A stretch of DNA of 63,862 nt, filler included, from Thelocarpon superellum (lineage: Eukaryota), in assembly GCA_026025795.1 (NCBI GenBank). It is 5 parts of 5 records of this genome, joined end to end, with 100 filler letters (N's around TTAATTAATTAA, not from the genome) between each part and the next. Parts side by side here need not be neighbours in the genome. Positions count along the whole stretch, not along the records: positions 25,965 to 38,765 come from JAPEUG010000475.1; positions 38,866 to 51,613 come from JAPEUG010000476.1; 3 more parts are not named here. One strand, 5' to 3'. A model generated the notes under the pieces. The model saw nothing but the letters and a program-made list of their open reading frames with translations, made no database searches and was not told where the DNA came from. Positions 35,594-48,600 of the stretch are shown here, piece by piece. Position numbers and translations under genes: made by a program. Each line of letters opens with the position of its first letter. The first letter of the stretch is position 1.

Positions 35594-37589
35594 ATGACCA
35601 AAATGACCAAGAGGCCGCGCAAACCCGCCACGTTGCCGCTCCAGCAACTGACGATCCTCGGTAGGTCCTGACCTTGGCCGGCTCCTCCCCGCCTACGCCG
35701 TCTCTACACCTCGTCCCCACGCTAACCCTCTGCACCAGCAATATGTCGGTTCGCCGAGCCCGTCGTCCTGACGTCGGTCTTCCCTTACCTGGTAGGCATT
35801 CCATGGGTCACCTCGGACACGCACGTGCAACACGACTGACCCGACGATGCATGCACCAGCCCGAGATGATGGAGTTCGTCGGCGTACCCACCGACCGAGT
35901 CGCCTACTTTGCCGGTCTGACCAGCGCCGTCTTCTCGTTGAGCCAAGGCGTGACAGGTATCGCGTGGGGTCGCGCCTCGGATACGTTCGGTCGGAAGCCG
36001 GCCATTCTCGCGGGTCTGTTCTGCTCCATGACAACGTCGCTTCTCTTTGGCTTCTCGCGCTCCCTGACCTGGGCCATGCTGAGTCGGACGTTGGCGGGCT
36101 TGGGCAACGGTAGCGTCGGCATCTTGCGCACCACCGTGGCGGAGATGGTGCCCGAGCGAGAGCTGCAACCGCGCGCGTTCAGCATCATGCCGCTCGTGTG
36201 GACCATGGGTAGCATCCTCGGCCCCTCCTTTGGCGGATTCCTCGCCAATCCCGCCCGTCGACATCCCGATTGGTTTGGACCACGGCTGAGGGCATTCTTT
36301 GAAGAGTTTCCCTTCATCTTGCCCAACCTCGTCGCCAGCGTCTTCTTCCTCGTCGGCTTGGTCGTGGGCACGCTGTTCCTGCGGGTAGGCCCACGGAGAC
36401 GAACCCCCACAGCGTCGTTCCAACTGACAGACTCCAGGAATCTCTCGCGACTCGCAAGGACCGGCCAGATTATGGAGTCATGTTGGGGAGAAAGCTGGTG
36501 AAGCTTTTCACGCGATCGAGGAAGGCCTCGTCCAAGCACGATGTCGGTGAACGAGACCGTTTACTAGGGCCTTCGCCGTCCTCTTCGACCCCGACGCTGA
36601 GCTCGGTCCCCGACGCTGAAGACTCCCGGACGACGGTGGCGCCTGCGAAGCATACCTTTCGCGACGTCTTCACCCCGCAGTCAACCATTGCCCTTGGCGC
36701 GTACAGCATGGTGGCGCTCCATTCCCTCTCATTCGACCAGCTCCTCCCGATCTTCATGCATCACCCCCGTCAAAAGCATGATGCAAATCCCAACGTGCAG
36801 CTCCCCTTGAAGTTTGGCGGGGGGTTTGGAATCGACAGTGGACGAATTGGTCTCTTGTTCACCTTGTACGGGGTACTCGGAATGTTGATCCAGTTCCTGA
36901 TCTTCCCGTCCGTTGCTCGCCGGGTGGGCATCTTGAACTGCTTCAAAGCCTGCGCCATCACCTTCCCGATCGTCTACTTCCTGACGCCCTTCACGGCCTT
37001 GGTGGAGCCTCCGGTGTGGCAACAGGGCGTCATGTTCCTCCTCATGTCGGTCAAATGTGTCGCCGCGGTCTTCGTCTTTCCCTGTGCCATCATCCTGATG
37101 ACCAACTCCGCCACGAGCCTGCAAATCCTCGGCACGCTCAACGGCGTCGCGACCAGCGTGTCCGCGGTGGGTCGCGCGGGTGGACCCGCCATGTCCGGCG
37201 CGGCCTTCACCCTGGGCGTGCGGTGGGGCTATGTCATCCTTCCATGGTGGACCTTGTCCGCCTTGGCCATGCTGGGTGCCATCCCGGTCTGGTTTGTGGA
37301 AGAGCGAGACGGCTTCGGCGACGGGACCGACGGTGACGACGAAGAGGAGGGCAGCGAGAATGAAGACGTGGCCGCGACGATCAATCCGGCATACCTCCGC
37401 GGGAGCAGGGAGGGGGAGGGAGAGGAAGATGCAGCGACCGACCAAGCGACCGCGAAGCGCGTGGCCAGTCCGATCGGAATCCGTAGCCGGCCGGCCGCAT
37501 GGTGCTCCGGGCGTGGTGCACGAAGCCTGGGAAGCACCATGGGCCACTCACACCACGACTATGGCACAGGAGGGATGAGTTTGCATTGA
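35594..37589 (+). CDS. MFS transporter (TCR/Tet-like, ZIFL/YCR023C type)
   Basis: Spliced LPLQQLTILAICRFAEP, MFS motif A WGRASDTFGRKP, TTVAEMVPERELQPRAFS and LGTLNG. Three introns. Confidence 0.88.
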
Positions 37590-38040
37590 TGACGGAACGA
37601 TCTGACGAGACCAGACTGATAGACGCGAGTGATTCGGAGGCGTTGCAAGGACACCTTTGGGCAGTGCTGCGGCATAGACTCGGGTCGAGAAGCATACAAG
37701 TGTCTACGGCCTAGCGAATGAGAAAATAAAATGTGAAGGTTGAAGCTTGCACCTTGTGGAACGTAGCTATCATCCTCGGCATGGTCGGTGCGTCGGGGAC
37801 CGGCCCGCCGACCAGGATCAACCGTGGCTCGCTTCAGCGTCCGGCGTTCGTCACTGTCGGACATGCGTGCGTTGCCCTGGATGTGTCAACCCCGGCGACT
37901 TCAGGGCTCCCTCTAGACAGTGGCAAGCATCATGGCCCCCATGTCGCCGCGCGATCGTGTCGTGGTCAGTGAGGCAGAGAATGGAGTGGCTGTTGGTACT
38001 TGGTACTCGTACTTGTCGCACCAACGCGCCAACCATGGTA

Positions 38041-38551
38041 CTGTGGAGGCTCCATACGGGAGCTCGAGGCTTCTGAGTAAGCCGCTTCACGTGACCCACA
38101 ATAACTGTATATTAGAACGACGGATGGCTTCCGTAGAATAGACGACCCATCTCCAGTGGAAGAACCGAGGTGCGTCAGTACTGACGCACCCCGAAACCTA
38201 GACTGCAACGGGTGGTTTATGCTACGGAAGCTATCCGTCGTTCTGATTTGTTGGAAGATGACATAATCAGCAGTTGGTCATGGAAGGCGGAATGGGAAAT
38301 GCCGCTTTGTTGCTTTCCATATAATTGGTATGGGGAGACCCAAGCAGAGATTTATTAGCCAGCCTTAATGCTATCTCCCACTGCGCAACATGATATACAG
38401 CTGTAGGAGCACGCACGTGATCTAGTCACGTGCTCACTCCTATTACTATCCCAGACTACGCGTAGATCAGCTCTGATTCCTATACAGCTATGGTGGGTCA
38501 CGTGCGGCAGCTTAGTTGAAATCCCAGAGCTCCCGTATCGAGCCTCCACAG
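38041..38551. mobile_element. Non-coding fold-back/MITE-like element with 71-bp imperfect terminal inverted repeats and nested internal hairpins
   Basis: 38041-38111 matches the reverse complement of 38481-38551 at about 58/71 positions without gaps (hand count). Inner inverted repeat 38114-38148 / 38210-38244. Palindrome at 38169-38190. Confidence 0.65.
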
Positions 38552-38696
38552 AACTAAGACCGTAATAACCCTGCTGCGGCTTCCATCTGGCCGACTAAGA
38601 TCTGCGTCCATTTCTGCCATTGTTTTCGTCAGCCACGCCACTCATCCGCGCTTACTCACGAAAACAAAAAACCGGGGGGGAAGGGGGAGGAGAAAA

Positions 38697-38700
<4 letters not shown>

Positions 38701-38744
<44 letters not shown>
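38701..38744. repeat. (AG)22 microsatellite at a contig end
   Basis: Perfect AG run. Confidence 0.95.
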
Positions 38745-38748
<4 letters not shown>

Positions 38749-38765
38749 CCAAAAACTCACCGTGA

Positions 38766-38865
38766 NNNNNNNNNNNNNNNNNNNNNNNNNNNNNNNNNNN
38801 NNNNNNNNNTTAATTAATTAANNNNNNNNNNNNNNNNNNNNNNNNNNNNNNNNNNNNNNNNNNNN
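38766..38865. other. Artificial contig linker
   Basis: N44-TTAATTAATTAA-N44. Confidence 0.98.
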
Positions 38866-38866
38866 G

Positions 38867-38953
38867 CTTCATCCATCATGGCAGGCGGCGAAGAAGGCCC
38901 AAGCACAGGAGCGGACGGCGAAGTTTCAAGGGAAGAAGGTCGTCTTTGATTGA
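38867..38953 (+). CDS. BUD22: 3' end of Bud22/SRFBP1-family ribosome biogenesis protein (partial)
   Basis: Reads LHPSWQAAKKAQAQERTAKFQGKKVVFD*, the characteristic Bud22 C-terminus. Too short to appear in the ORF track. Confidence 0.85.
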   Translation, partial: LHPSWQAAKKAQAQERTAKFQGKKVVFD

Positions 38954-39679
38954 TCCGAGGATCGGCTATGATGATGCCCGCCATGACTAGATATAGAAGG
39001 ATTCTTGCTCGGACGGTGAAATGTCGGGGATGGGTACTGCTACTGCAGGCGCTACGATACGGGCATTGGCGGGCATGGCTCTTTGTTGTGCATCCCTTGT
39101 CATATCACGGGTCAGCAGGAGCAGCCTTGGGAGGGGCGCGGATAGACGACTCATGCGAGCGCCAGCTGGCCTAGCGTGCTTCGCCCCGCCCCTCAGGCGC
39201 GTTCAGGTTATCACCATGCAAGCTAAGGGTAACATACTGCGAACAATACTCCCACGGTTAGCTACCTGAAGGCTAGGCTGCCGTTAATGCAGTTATACTA
39301 AGTCCACCATCACCGCGCACGGATCTATCTATATTGCAAGGCGGCCGTCGTCAAAGGATCCTGTAGGATTTTGCTGGCTAGTGATCTTCATAACGCACCT
39401 CGGATCACATGTGGCCCCTGCCATGGATAATGGGAGCTTCGACAAAGGATTGATGGCCGCCTCTCAGGCAACCATCAATCCCAAGATGTGTGCCAGCATG
39501 ATAAGGGTCGTACCTGCCATCAACATCAGAAGGGCCAGCCACCACCTTGGTTGAGGGGCATTGCACCAACGACGTGTGATGTGAAGTTGTTGTCTACTCA
39601 TTCACTTGATCTCTCACTCTTTTCTTCAGGCGTGGTCTCGAACGGCTGCCGCTGGACAAGTCACAGCTCGCTGTTCCAC

Positions 39680-40768
39680 ATGACGCTCTTTCGGAGCATC
39701 GGGCATGCCGTACGCATCTTCTCGCAGCCCCTGCGTCTGTTCGTCAACGCTAACGTGCTGCTGAGGGCCAGGACGAGCATGAGCTTTCGCATCTCCCACC
39801 CTCTCAACAAGCCGCTACCTCCCAAGACCATCAGGATGGCCCGATCTTAAGCCAGACCGACTTCCTCGGCTACATCTCATCAACCCGTCATGCCATCTCC
39901 CAGCTGAGCACCGACATTACCCGCATCGGTTTGCTGCATCAGCGAGTGCTGGACAACGGGGGCCCCAATGCCTCCACCTCCCCGGAGCTGGAACACCTGG
40001 CGACCCAGATCCGAACGCGAACTACGCACATTCGAGACGACATTACCTCGCTGTTTGCGGATACGCAACGCACCGCACGGCAAGCTGCGCCTGCACTACG
40101 GCCGGTCAAGGAGCAGCAATGCCAAACCATTCGACGGGCATTTGAGGACCAACTGCAGGCCTACCGGGAGGAAGAACGTAGCTATCGTGGAAGATGCCGT
40201 GATCAGATCGCACGCCAGTACCGGATCGTCAACCCTAATGCGAACGAGAGGGAAGTGAGAGAGGCGGCCGAGGCTGATTGGGGGAATGGAGGTGTCTTTC
40301 AGACCGCGGTGGGTGCCTTTGGTCATCTCATGCCATGCAGCTCCTCCTAACAAGTGCCCAATCTAGCTCAAGAGCAATCGGACGCAGGATGCCAAAGGCA
40401 CTCTCCACTTGGTGAGAGCGCGGCATGATGACATCCAACATATCGAGGCCGCTCTTCAAGAGATCAGCCAGCTGTTTGCCGACATGGCCCGCCTGGTCGA
40501 GACGCAGGAGCCCGTGGTGATTCAAGTGGAAGAGGGTGCCGAGCAGACGACGAAGAATGTCGAGGGGGCTACGGGCGAGCTGAAAACCGCGGTAGGCCAT
40601 GCGCGACACCGACGAAAACTCCAATGGTACGCGTGCGGTGTGTTCACGACCATCGTCATTCTCGTTGCGATCGCGCTTGGCGTCTACTTTTATATCGTGC
40701 ATGAGCAAGCGGTGGCGGCAACCGCGGCGGCATCTGCGGCCGCCCACAAGGTGGCTGGTGCCGGTTAA
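39680..40768 (+). CDS. Plasma-membrane syntaxin (Sso1/2-like Qa-SNARE)
   Basis: Habc-like region (QIARQYRIVNPNA), SNARE motif RARHDDIQHIEAALQEISQLFADMARLVETQ and a C-terminal TM segment. Introns at about 39709-39770 and 40309-40366. The start codon is tentative. Confidence 0.85.
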
Positions 40769-41120
40769 TGGCGGTAAGAAGGATTTTGGCGTGTACTACT
40801 CTTGGCCTCTCTGTTTGATTCGTGGCTCTGATTGATTCATGTGGACAAGTGCGAAGCGTCTCGAGCGCACTGCATTTGCTTTGTGGTGAAAAGTTGTTCG
40901 CACGTAGCCTCAAGGCCCTGGCGGGGTCGCAGGGTACCAGTATTCGTACTCGTATGGGGGGACGCGTACCGTACCTTGGGTGTCAGGGACCGAGAATCAG
41001 CCGATGGTCAAGCATTCGGATAAACGACCCCACCACCCGTCGTATTTGAGCCGCGCGGTGATCTTCGACTCCAAATCCACCATCTGATCTTAGTAGGATA
41101 GTATCAGTCGTGCAGTTGAG

Positions 41121-42173
41121 ATGTCTGACGTCGAAACGGAGTACAAGGGTATGTAAGCACCGGCATACACAAGGGATTGCTGCATCTTGTGTCACGTATC
41201 TAGGCTGACCCTTCCAGACCCCGTCCGCATCGGCGTGATTGGAGGGACGGGGATCCAGTCGTTACCGGGCTTCACCGTCATCGCCAAGCTCCACGTCTCG
41301 ACGCCGTGGGGAGACCCGTCGTCCTCCATATCCATTCTCCACCATCCTTCGCCCACCACCGGCGAGCCCATCCCGGTCGCTTTTCTTTCACGCCACGGGA
41401 TTCATCACGAGCTGGCCCCACATGAGGTCCCGTCACGAGCCAACATCGCCGCGCTGCGGTCGATCGGCGTGCGCACCGTCATTGCCTTTTCGGCCGTGGG
41501 CAGTCTCCAGGAAGAGGTGCGGCCACGGGATTTCTTAGTTCCGGATCAGATCATCGATCGGACCAAGGGTGTGCGACCGTGGACCTTCTTTGAAGGCGGC
41601 ATCGTGGGACACGTGGGGTTCGCCGACCCCTTCGATCCCAAGGTGGCCGCTGTGGTCAGCAAGTGCGGCCAGGCACTCGGGGACAGTGTACGCTTGCATG
41701 ACAAGGGCACGCTGGTCTGCATGGGTAAGTGGAGTACGCGGCGCGAGGAGGTGTGCTTACTGACCGCCGCGACAGAGGGACCGCAGTTCAGTACCCGAGC
41801 AGAGAGCCATCTCTACCGCAGCTGGGGCGCCAGTGTGATCAACATGTCGGCCGTGCCGGAGTCCAAGCTGGCGCGCGAGGCGGAGATTGCCTACCAGATG
41901 GTCTGCATGGCGACGGACTACGATTGCTGGCACAGCTCCGAGGATGTGAGCGTGGAGATGGTCATGGGTCATATGCACGCCAACGCCGGCAGCGCGCGGA
42001 AGTTGATCGGGGCCGTGCTAGATGAGCTTAGCAAGGAGGAACATGCCGAGCTCATCATGGCCACACATCTCCAAGGACAGAGCAAGTTTGCCGCCATGTC
42101 CACGGCGGTGCATGGGCGAAAGGAGAGTGCCATGGCCAAGCTGCGCTGGTTACTCCCAGGGCACTTTGACTAG
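41121..42173 (+). CDS. MEU1: S-methyl-5'-thioadenosine phosphorylase (MTAP)
   Basis: IGVIGGTG, FLSRHG, SAVGSL, MEGPQFSTRAES, INMS and ATDYDCW. Introns at about 41149-41217 and 41725-41775. Confidence 0.95.
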
Positions 42174-43186
42174 ATGCATGAGATGCATGATGACGAGTGG
42201 ATGCTGATGACAATTAGATACCTACGTTTGTAGATTTCGTAGAATTAGCCGTGGGTGAGGTGTAAAAGGCCCATCATGGAGGATGGTGTATCTGGGTGTG
42301 GATAGCTAGCGAAGGTCACCCACGATCGCCAGGCTACCGGTCATTTGGTCTCAGCGTTTTGGCTTGGTCCTTGTACACTCATCCGGTCTTTTCAGATACG
42401 ATTTTGGCATCCTCGGACCAGACCGAGTGACCTCGAGATTTTGCTCAAGAGGCCTGTCCAGTTCGAGAAGACCGGCTCGGCTTCTGCAAAGGCAAAATGA
42501 GGGTCAAGAGACCAAGCCAGTGGAAGCTGAGACCAGATGACCAGTATCCTGGTCCCGAGTGCCGCGGGACCAGCCGACGCCACCTCCGCGTCGATCTAGA
42601 CAGAACCCCCTCTCGATAGCGATTTGTACTCGAACGCCCGACTACCACGTCGTTTGGGGTTGCATGCGCTCATCTAATGCTGCTCCGTCCAGTGTTGCTT
42701 GCTCCCACATCGCTTACCATGCATGTATCTGTTGAGTGTGAAGTGCGACCGTGCCCGTGCACCACCAAGGTGGACTCAGTCAAACCCCGGCCTTCCGCTT
42801 AGTGTGCTCGTCTTCCACGTACTACTCCGCGCGCTGCACGACTCAGCTTCCTAGCTGGGCCTGATCTCGGCATCGACCCTCGCCATGGCCACCTATCCGT
42901 GGGTGCAGCCGAGGAGTGGGGGATCTGCCCGTAGCTATGTTTCCACATGGTACTAGATAACGTCCATCACGACGGCGCCGGTTGGCAATGCACCGGTCTT
43001 TTGCTTCTCTCCTGTTCTTGCCGTGGGAGCCGTCGCTCGCCGGTCAAGTCTTCTCCATACATGCTGAATCGTGATGCTGGATGCCTGACGTATGATGTGG
43101 TGATGTGGTGATGTCTCGATGTCTCTGGGATAGCGCCGCTCCACCAACCCCCTTCGCCTCCGTCCTCCCACCCCCAACGTGCCACG

Positions 43187-45454
43187 ATGGCCGCTACGGT
43201 CGATGAAAAGCAAGTCTTCCAGGTCGATGTCAAGCAGGCCGCGACCCCCGAGCGTGAAGAGCCATGCTCGAGTCGATACCTGCAGCATGCCGATCCGAAC
43301 AACGGCGATGAGGCCCTACAAGCCTTTGCCGGCCTCGAGGACGGCGAGCGGCTGGTGATGGACGAAGAGACCAACCGGCGGCTGTTGAGGAAGATCGACT
43401 GGCACTTGATGCCTATCATGTGCGTTGTGTACGGGCTGAATTTCCTGGACAAGACGACGTTGTCCTATGCCAGGTATGATCGATGGTCCATGATCTGTGA
43501 TACTGGTGATCCAGTCGGCGCTAAACACTTACCTCCCCCCAGTATAATGGGATTACAGACCGATCTCCACCTCAAGGGCGACAACTATAGTTGGCTTGGG
43601 TCGATGTTCTACGTGGGATATATCTTCTGGGAATACCCTACCAGTATGGCAGCCCCGCGGATGATGGCTGCTAGTATCAGATGAAACGGTACACTGACGA
43701 CTTACCGCTGCAGATCGCCTTCTCCAACGTCTCCCGCTAGCCAAGTACTCCTCGTTCAACATCATTCTGTGGGGGTTGGTCCTGTGCTGTATGGCGGCGA
43801 CGACGGATTTCGCTGGCGCCGTCGCTGTTCGGTTCTTTCTGGGCGTGTTTGAAGCGGCCATCACGCCTGGCTTTGCCCTTTTCACGTCGCAGTGGTATAC
43901 CAAGAAGGAGCAAGGCATGCGGACAGGGATTTGGTTTAGTTTCAACGGGTGGGCGCAGGTCTTTGGCGGGTTATGTGAGGATCGGATAGCTCGCCTTCTG
44001 GGAGATTCCTGAGCTGACGCCCGCAGTGGCGTACGGGATCGCGAGAGGGGTGGATCTACACGGCGCGGCAATCGCCAGCTGGAAGATAGTCTTTCTCGCG
44101 ACTGTACGGCTAGCCCGGCCCACGCAAGCATGATTTTGACGACGACGATGATGCTGATGATGCTGATGCTGACGAGGACAGGGACTCTTGACCACCACGG
44201 CCGGCATCGTCTTCCTGTTCGTCATGCCCGACAATCAACTGAACGCGCGCTGGCTCACGAAGAGAGAGCGCATGTTGGCCGTGGAGCGAATCCGAAGTAA
44301 CCAGCAAGGCGTGGGCAATAAGCATTTCAAATGGTACCAGCTGAAGGAAGCTCTGACCGATCCTCTGACGTGGGCGTTTACCTTCTATGCGCTCGCGGCC
44401 GACATTCCCAACGGCGGTCTCTCCAACTTCTTCAGCCAGCTCCTCGTCAGTTTCGGCTACACTCCTGAGCAGAGTCTTCTGTACGGCACGCCGGGTGGCG
44501 CGGTCGAGGTTGTCTCGCTCCTCGTGTGTGGTTATCTGGGAGATCGGTACGGGAATCGTATCTTGGTGTCGCTTGTGAGTGTCCCTCCCCACCTTCGCCT
44601 CTCCCTTCCTACCCTTTCCTCCTACCCCGTAGCCCCCCGTCACATCCCGTCCACTCCGCTTACTTGTCTAAGGGAGGCCTGGTCTGCGCCACGGTGGGTA
44701 TGATCCTAATCGTCGCACTCCCCCTATCCAACAACGTCGGTCGACTGGCCGGATACTACATGACAGGCGCCAGTGCCACGCCCTTCGTGGCCATTCTATC
44801 CCTCATCTCGTCCAATGTTGCGGGGTATACGAAGAAGACGACTGTTGCCGCTCTATACCTAATTGCAGTGAGTAAGCTCTGGAGATGAGTGCGTGAGTGG
44901 GTGATGGCATGAGATGGCTGACTTGGTTGGGAACGGGTAGTACTGTGCCGGCAACATTATCGGTCAGTGATGATATACCTAGCGTCAAGGAAAGAAGAAG
45001 AGAGGAACGGAAACTAAGATAGGACCGTGTGCATGTACACAGGACCTCAAACGTTTCGACCAAAAGACTCGCCGCACTATGTATCGGCTGAGATAGTCAT
45101 CATAGTGATGTGGTGAGTTACCTCCACGTTCCACCTCCCTTCAACCCCTGCACCCTAACTCAAAAATTACCAATGAGCGAGAGAGAGAAGAGAGAGATGT
45201 GCAAAGAGAGAAGAAGGATGATAAATGAAGGAATGAAAGATATGACGATGACGATGATGATGACAGATGCTAATGAAAGAGGGGAAAACAGGAGCATATC
45301 AATCCTCGATCTCCTGTTCATACACTACTACAGCGCCTTGCAGAACCGGAGAAAGGAATCGCTCCGCGCCGACCCCGCCTACGTTCGAGTGCCAGATCAG
45401 GAGTATTTGGATCTCACAGATAGAGAGAATTGCGAGTTTGTCTATACTCTTTGA
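43187..45454 (+). CDS. DAL5: Allantoate permease family (ACS) MFS transporter
   Basis: LLRKIDWHLMP, LNFLDKTTLSYA, RFFLGVFEAAITPGF, WYTKKEQ, IPNGGLSNF, SSNVAGYTKK and DLTDREN. Many introns. Substrate and orthology are uncertain. Confidence 0.8.
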
Positions 45455-45668
45455 TGTTCTCTCCCCCTCTCTCAATTCCCCCCTTCCCCTCTTTCCCTTT
45501 TACCCTTATTCTCTTCGTCTCTTTTTCTCGCCCGTTCTCTACGGTAGTTATATATGTACACCTTGTCTATTCTGTGTCTGTTGCTGTCGGTACGTCACGA
45601 AGAGATATACAAGGGTCGTGTATGGTAGGACATAACTACGTCGATATGCACGTATATGTGTATGTGTA

Positions 45669-48600
45669 TCAGGTGGAATGCTTGCCCCGGTTGGCTTTTC
45701 CACCTCTTGTTTCACCGCCTCTTTCTATTCTTGGACTCCCTCCTTCTACTGGACCTCCCCCTTCTCCGCTTGTATTCCTCCCCCTTCCACGTCCCCTTCC
45801 TCCTCTTGCTGTCCCACTTCTCCCACCGCGACTACCCCTCCCACCCCTTCCTTCTTTGAGTCCCTCCTTGGCTCCCTCCCCACTTCCCTCGTCCCTCGCC
45901 TTCCGAGTCTCGGCGTCCCACCATTCCATAAAAGCCTGTTCCTGCTGGATCTCCTGCAGGCTGCGCTTGGCCACGGTCTGCTTCAGCACTTCCTGCTCCG
46001 TTTCCTGCTGCGAGATGATCTCCGCCATCGACAGCTGCAGCGCCGGTTCGGGACCAGGCGCAGCAGACGAAGATGAGGAGACGTTGCGAGGCGTACGTGG
46101 GGGGTTCGGGTGCGAAGTAGACTGCCGTGGTGGCGAGGACGTCGATGCTTGGGAAGGGAGCGGGCTGGATGTGTTGCGCGTAGGAGTGGGCTTGGTGAGT
46201 GATATTGGCGGAATCGACGACGTGCGGATCAGTGGCGATGAGGCCGGGTTCGTGCTAGATGATCGCGCTTCGCTGCTGAGCACTTCCTTCAGTGAGACAA
46301 TAGGCCGCGTGGTCTGCGCCTGCCAGGGTGACGGCCGTTCCTCCTCTTTGGCTCGGCCGTTGCGCCCAGAACCGGTCGTTAGCGGTGGCGTCGTCTTCGT
46401 ATGGGTGGATTGCTGCTGCTGCTGCTGCTGCTGCTTCTTTCGCTCTCGCTGAGACAGTTTCCCGCCCGTCGTGCTGCTCGGAGAATTCTTGTCGGGCACC
46501 TTGGCTTGGTGCGAGAGGCTGGCCGAGAGATTGGATGTTCGACTAGACGAGGCCTGAGAGATGATATCCTTCATGCTGAGTTTCGCTGAGGGTAAGGGAG
46601 ACGATCCCCACGGCTGACCCGCATTTGGGGGCCCTGGAGTCCGCGCCGGTGGACTCGTCGGTGAGATGGGCCCACATGCTGAACCAAGGCTTAGAGGCCG
46701 CAGTCCTCCTGATGGAATGCTGCCTCGCGAATCTAGCTGCGGTGACTCGCCCTGCGCCCAATCAATCCCCTTGACGGTCCCAGGCGTCGATGGCTCATGT
46801 CCGCTCTCCATCCCTGGCGTTTGCACGACACGTTCCGCCTCGTCGTCGTCCATATCAAACATGAGATCCATTGTGGACGCTTTCGACGTCAACAACGGGC
46901 TGGCGCCGGCACTGCCACCGCCAACTTCTCGCGAGGATTTCCGCCGAGTCCGGTGCTGCGTGGATGATACCTCTGACACGCTGGACGGACGGAGCTTTGT
47001 CTTGTAGGAGCCAGACATGCGGAAGTCGGGCTCACCCATCCTAGCGCGAACGAGCACCGAATCAATTTTGCTCTGCCGCTCTCGATTCCGCGCGTCGGCC
47101 AACTCTGGGAACTTCTCCTGCAGCAGCGCGTCGGCCTTCCCACTTCGAACAAAGGGGAGACAATCTCGCTGATTCTCTCGCACGACCACGTCCAGTTCAA
47201 GCAGGAGATCCTCGTCCAATTCATCCAGCAGGTGGTTTTCCAACAGGCCTTCCAGGTTCAGGCAGATGTACTCCAGACATGCCTCCTTGAAGGTCGTCAC
47301 CGCGCAAGGGGCCACGGCGTTCAGCAGCTGACAGACGTTGCGGGTCGTGACAAACCGACCGAGGATCTTCTGGCACATTTGCGACAAGCGGTCGAGCATT
47401 AGCTCATTGGCCACGGACAAAACCTCCGTCACCAGATCCAAGAACTCGTCCAGATCCTCGCACACGACATCATCAAGGAAACCTTCGCCGACATCAGCAT
47501 ACAAATAACGCACGACGTATCGAAAGATGGACGGCTCGACGTGCTTCAAGTCGACGCGGGTGGCCTCGGAAGGCCCCCCCATGAGCTCACGCCGCGCGCT
47601 GAGCCACTGCCCGGCGGCACGCCCGTAGAAGAGACCCTCGAAAAAGGGACACCGTTGTCGCATCAGCGCGCTGTGCACCTTGACCTCTGCCCCGGCGAGC
47701 TCTACAATCGTGTCGCCATCATCGAAAAAGGATGGGTCCGCCGTGGCCACAGCCAGATCGTGGTGCAAGGTCAGGTTTGGCTCTCGCATGATCCGCACTG
47801 CCGCCTCCAATTCCCGCAGCTCAAGACGGAGGGCTATCTTCAGCAGCTCGGCGCGCACCTGTCGATAGCGAAAGGCATATTTGGGTGCGTGGCGCGTGTA
47901 TTGCCACACGTCGACCACAGAGTCCTGGTAGCAATAACTGACGAAGTTGAGGATTGACAGGAAATCGAGAGCGTGGAAGCGCAAGACCGGCCGGCCCTGC
48001 TCGTTCGTCTCGATCGTGAGCAGATCAGGCACGGACGCTTGCCCGGACTTCCGACCGTCGCGAAGCAGCTTCCGCAAGACGGCACTCCGGCCGCTCACGA
48101 TGAAGCGGTGAACAGGAATCTGCACTTCAGATGCACTCGTGGCCACCACTGCGTCAGTGCTCATCTCGCCCGCCAAGGATCTGTGGGCCAGCAGTCGCCG
48201 CATATCCGATTCGAGGTCGGCCGAGGTGAGGACAGCGGCCTTGAGTGGATTAAAATGGTCTTTGGGTAATGACGGCGTCCAGAAGCGTGGTGTGTCGTCT
48301 TCTTCCTCTTCCTCTTCCTCGTCCGCCCCCACCTCGAGGTCATGAAAGGGGAGCAGCGGACTCAAATCGTCCCAGAGTGTAGGCGAATCCGTTGCGATCT
48401 GGGTCTTGGTGACGTCGCAGTCCTTGCGCACGGCGGCAAATGCGCCAAACGCATTGCTGCGGACCGCCAGGATACGCGTCAGGCCAGGAACCCGCGAGAA
48501 CTTGTAGTCCTTGGGCTTGTACTCAGCGGTCCCGATGGCGCTCGTATCTTGGATCGTCGCCCGTTTCACCCGGCGCCAGACCGAGCCGGCGTCGGTGCAG

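Noticed and set aside
37920..38549. Two short opposite-strand ORFs with similar peptides (EAxYGSS...HVTH)
   Set aside because: They are a by-product of the terminal inverted repeats, not paralogous genes.
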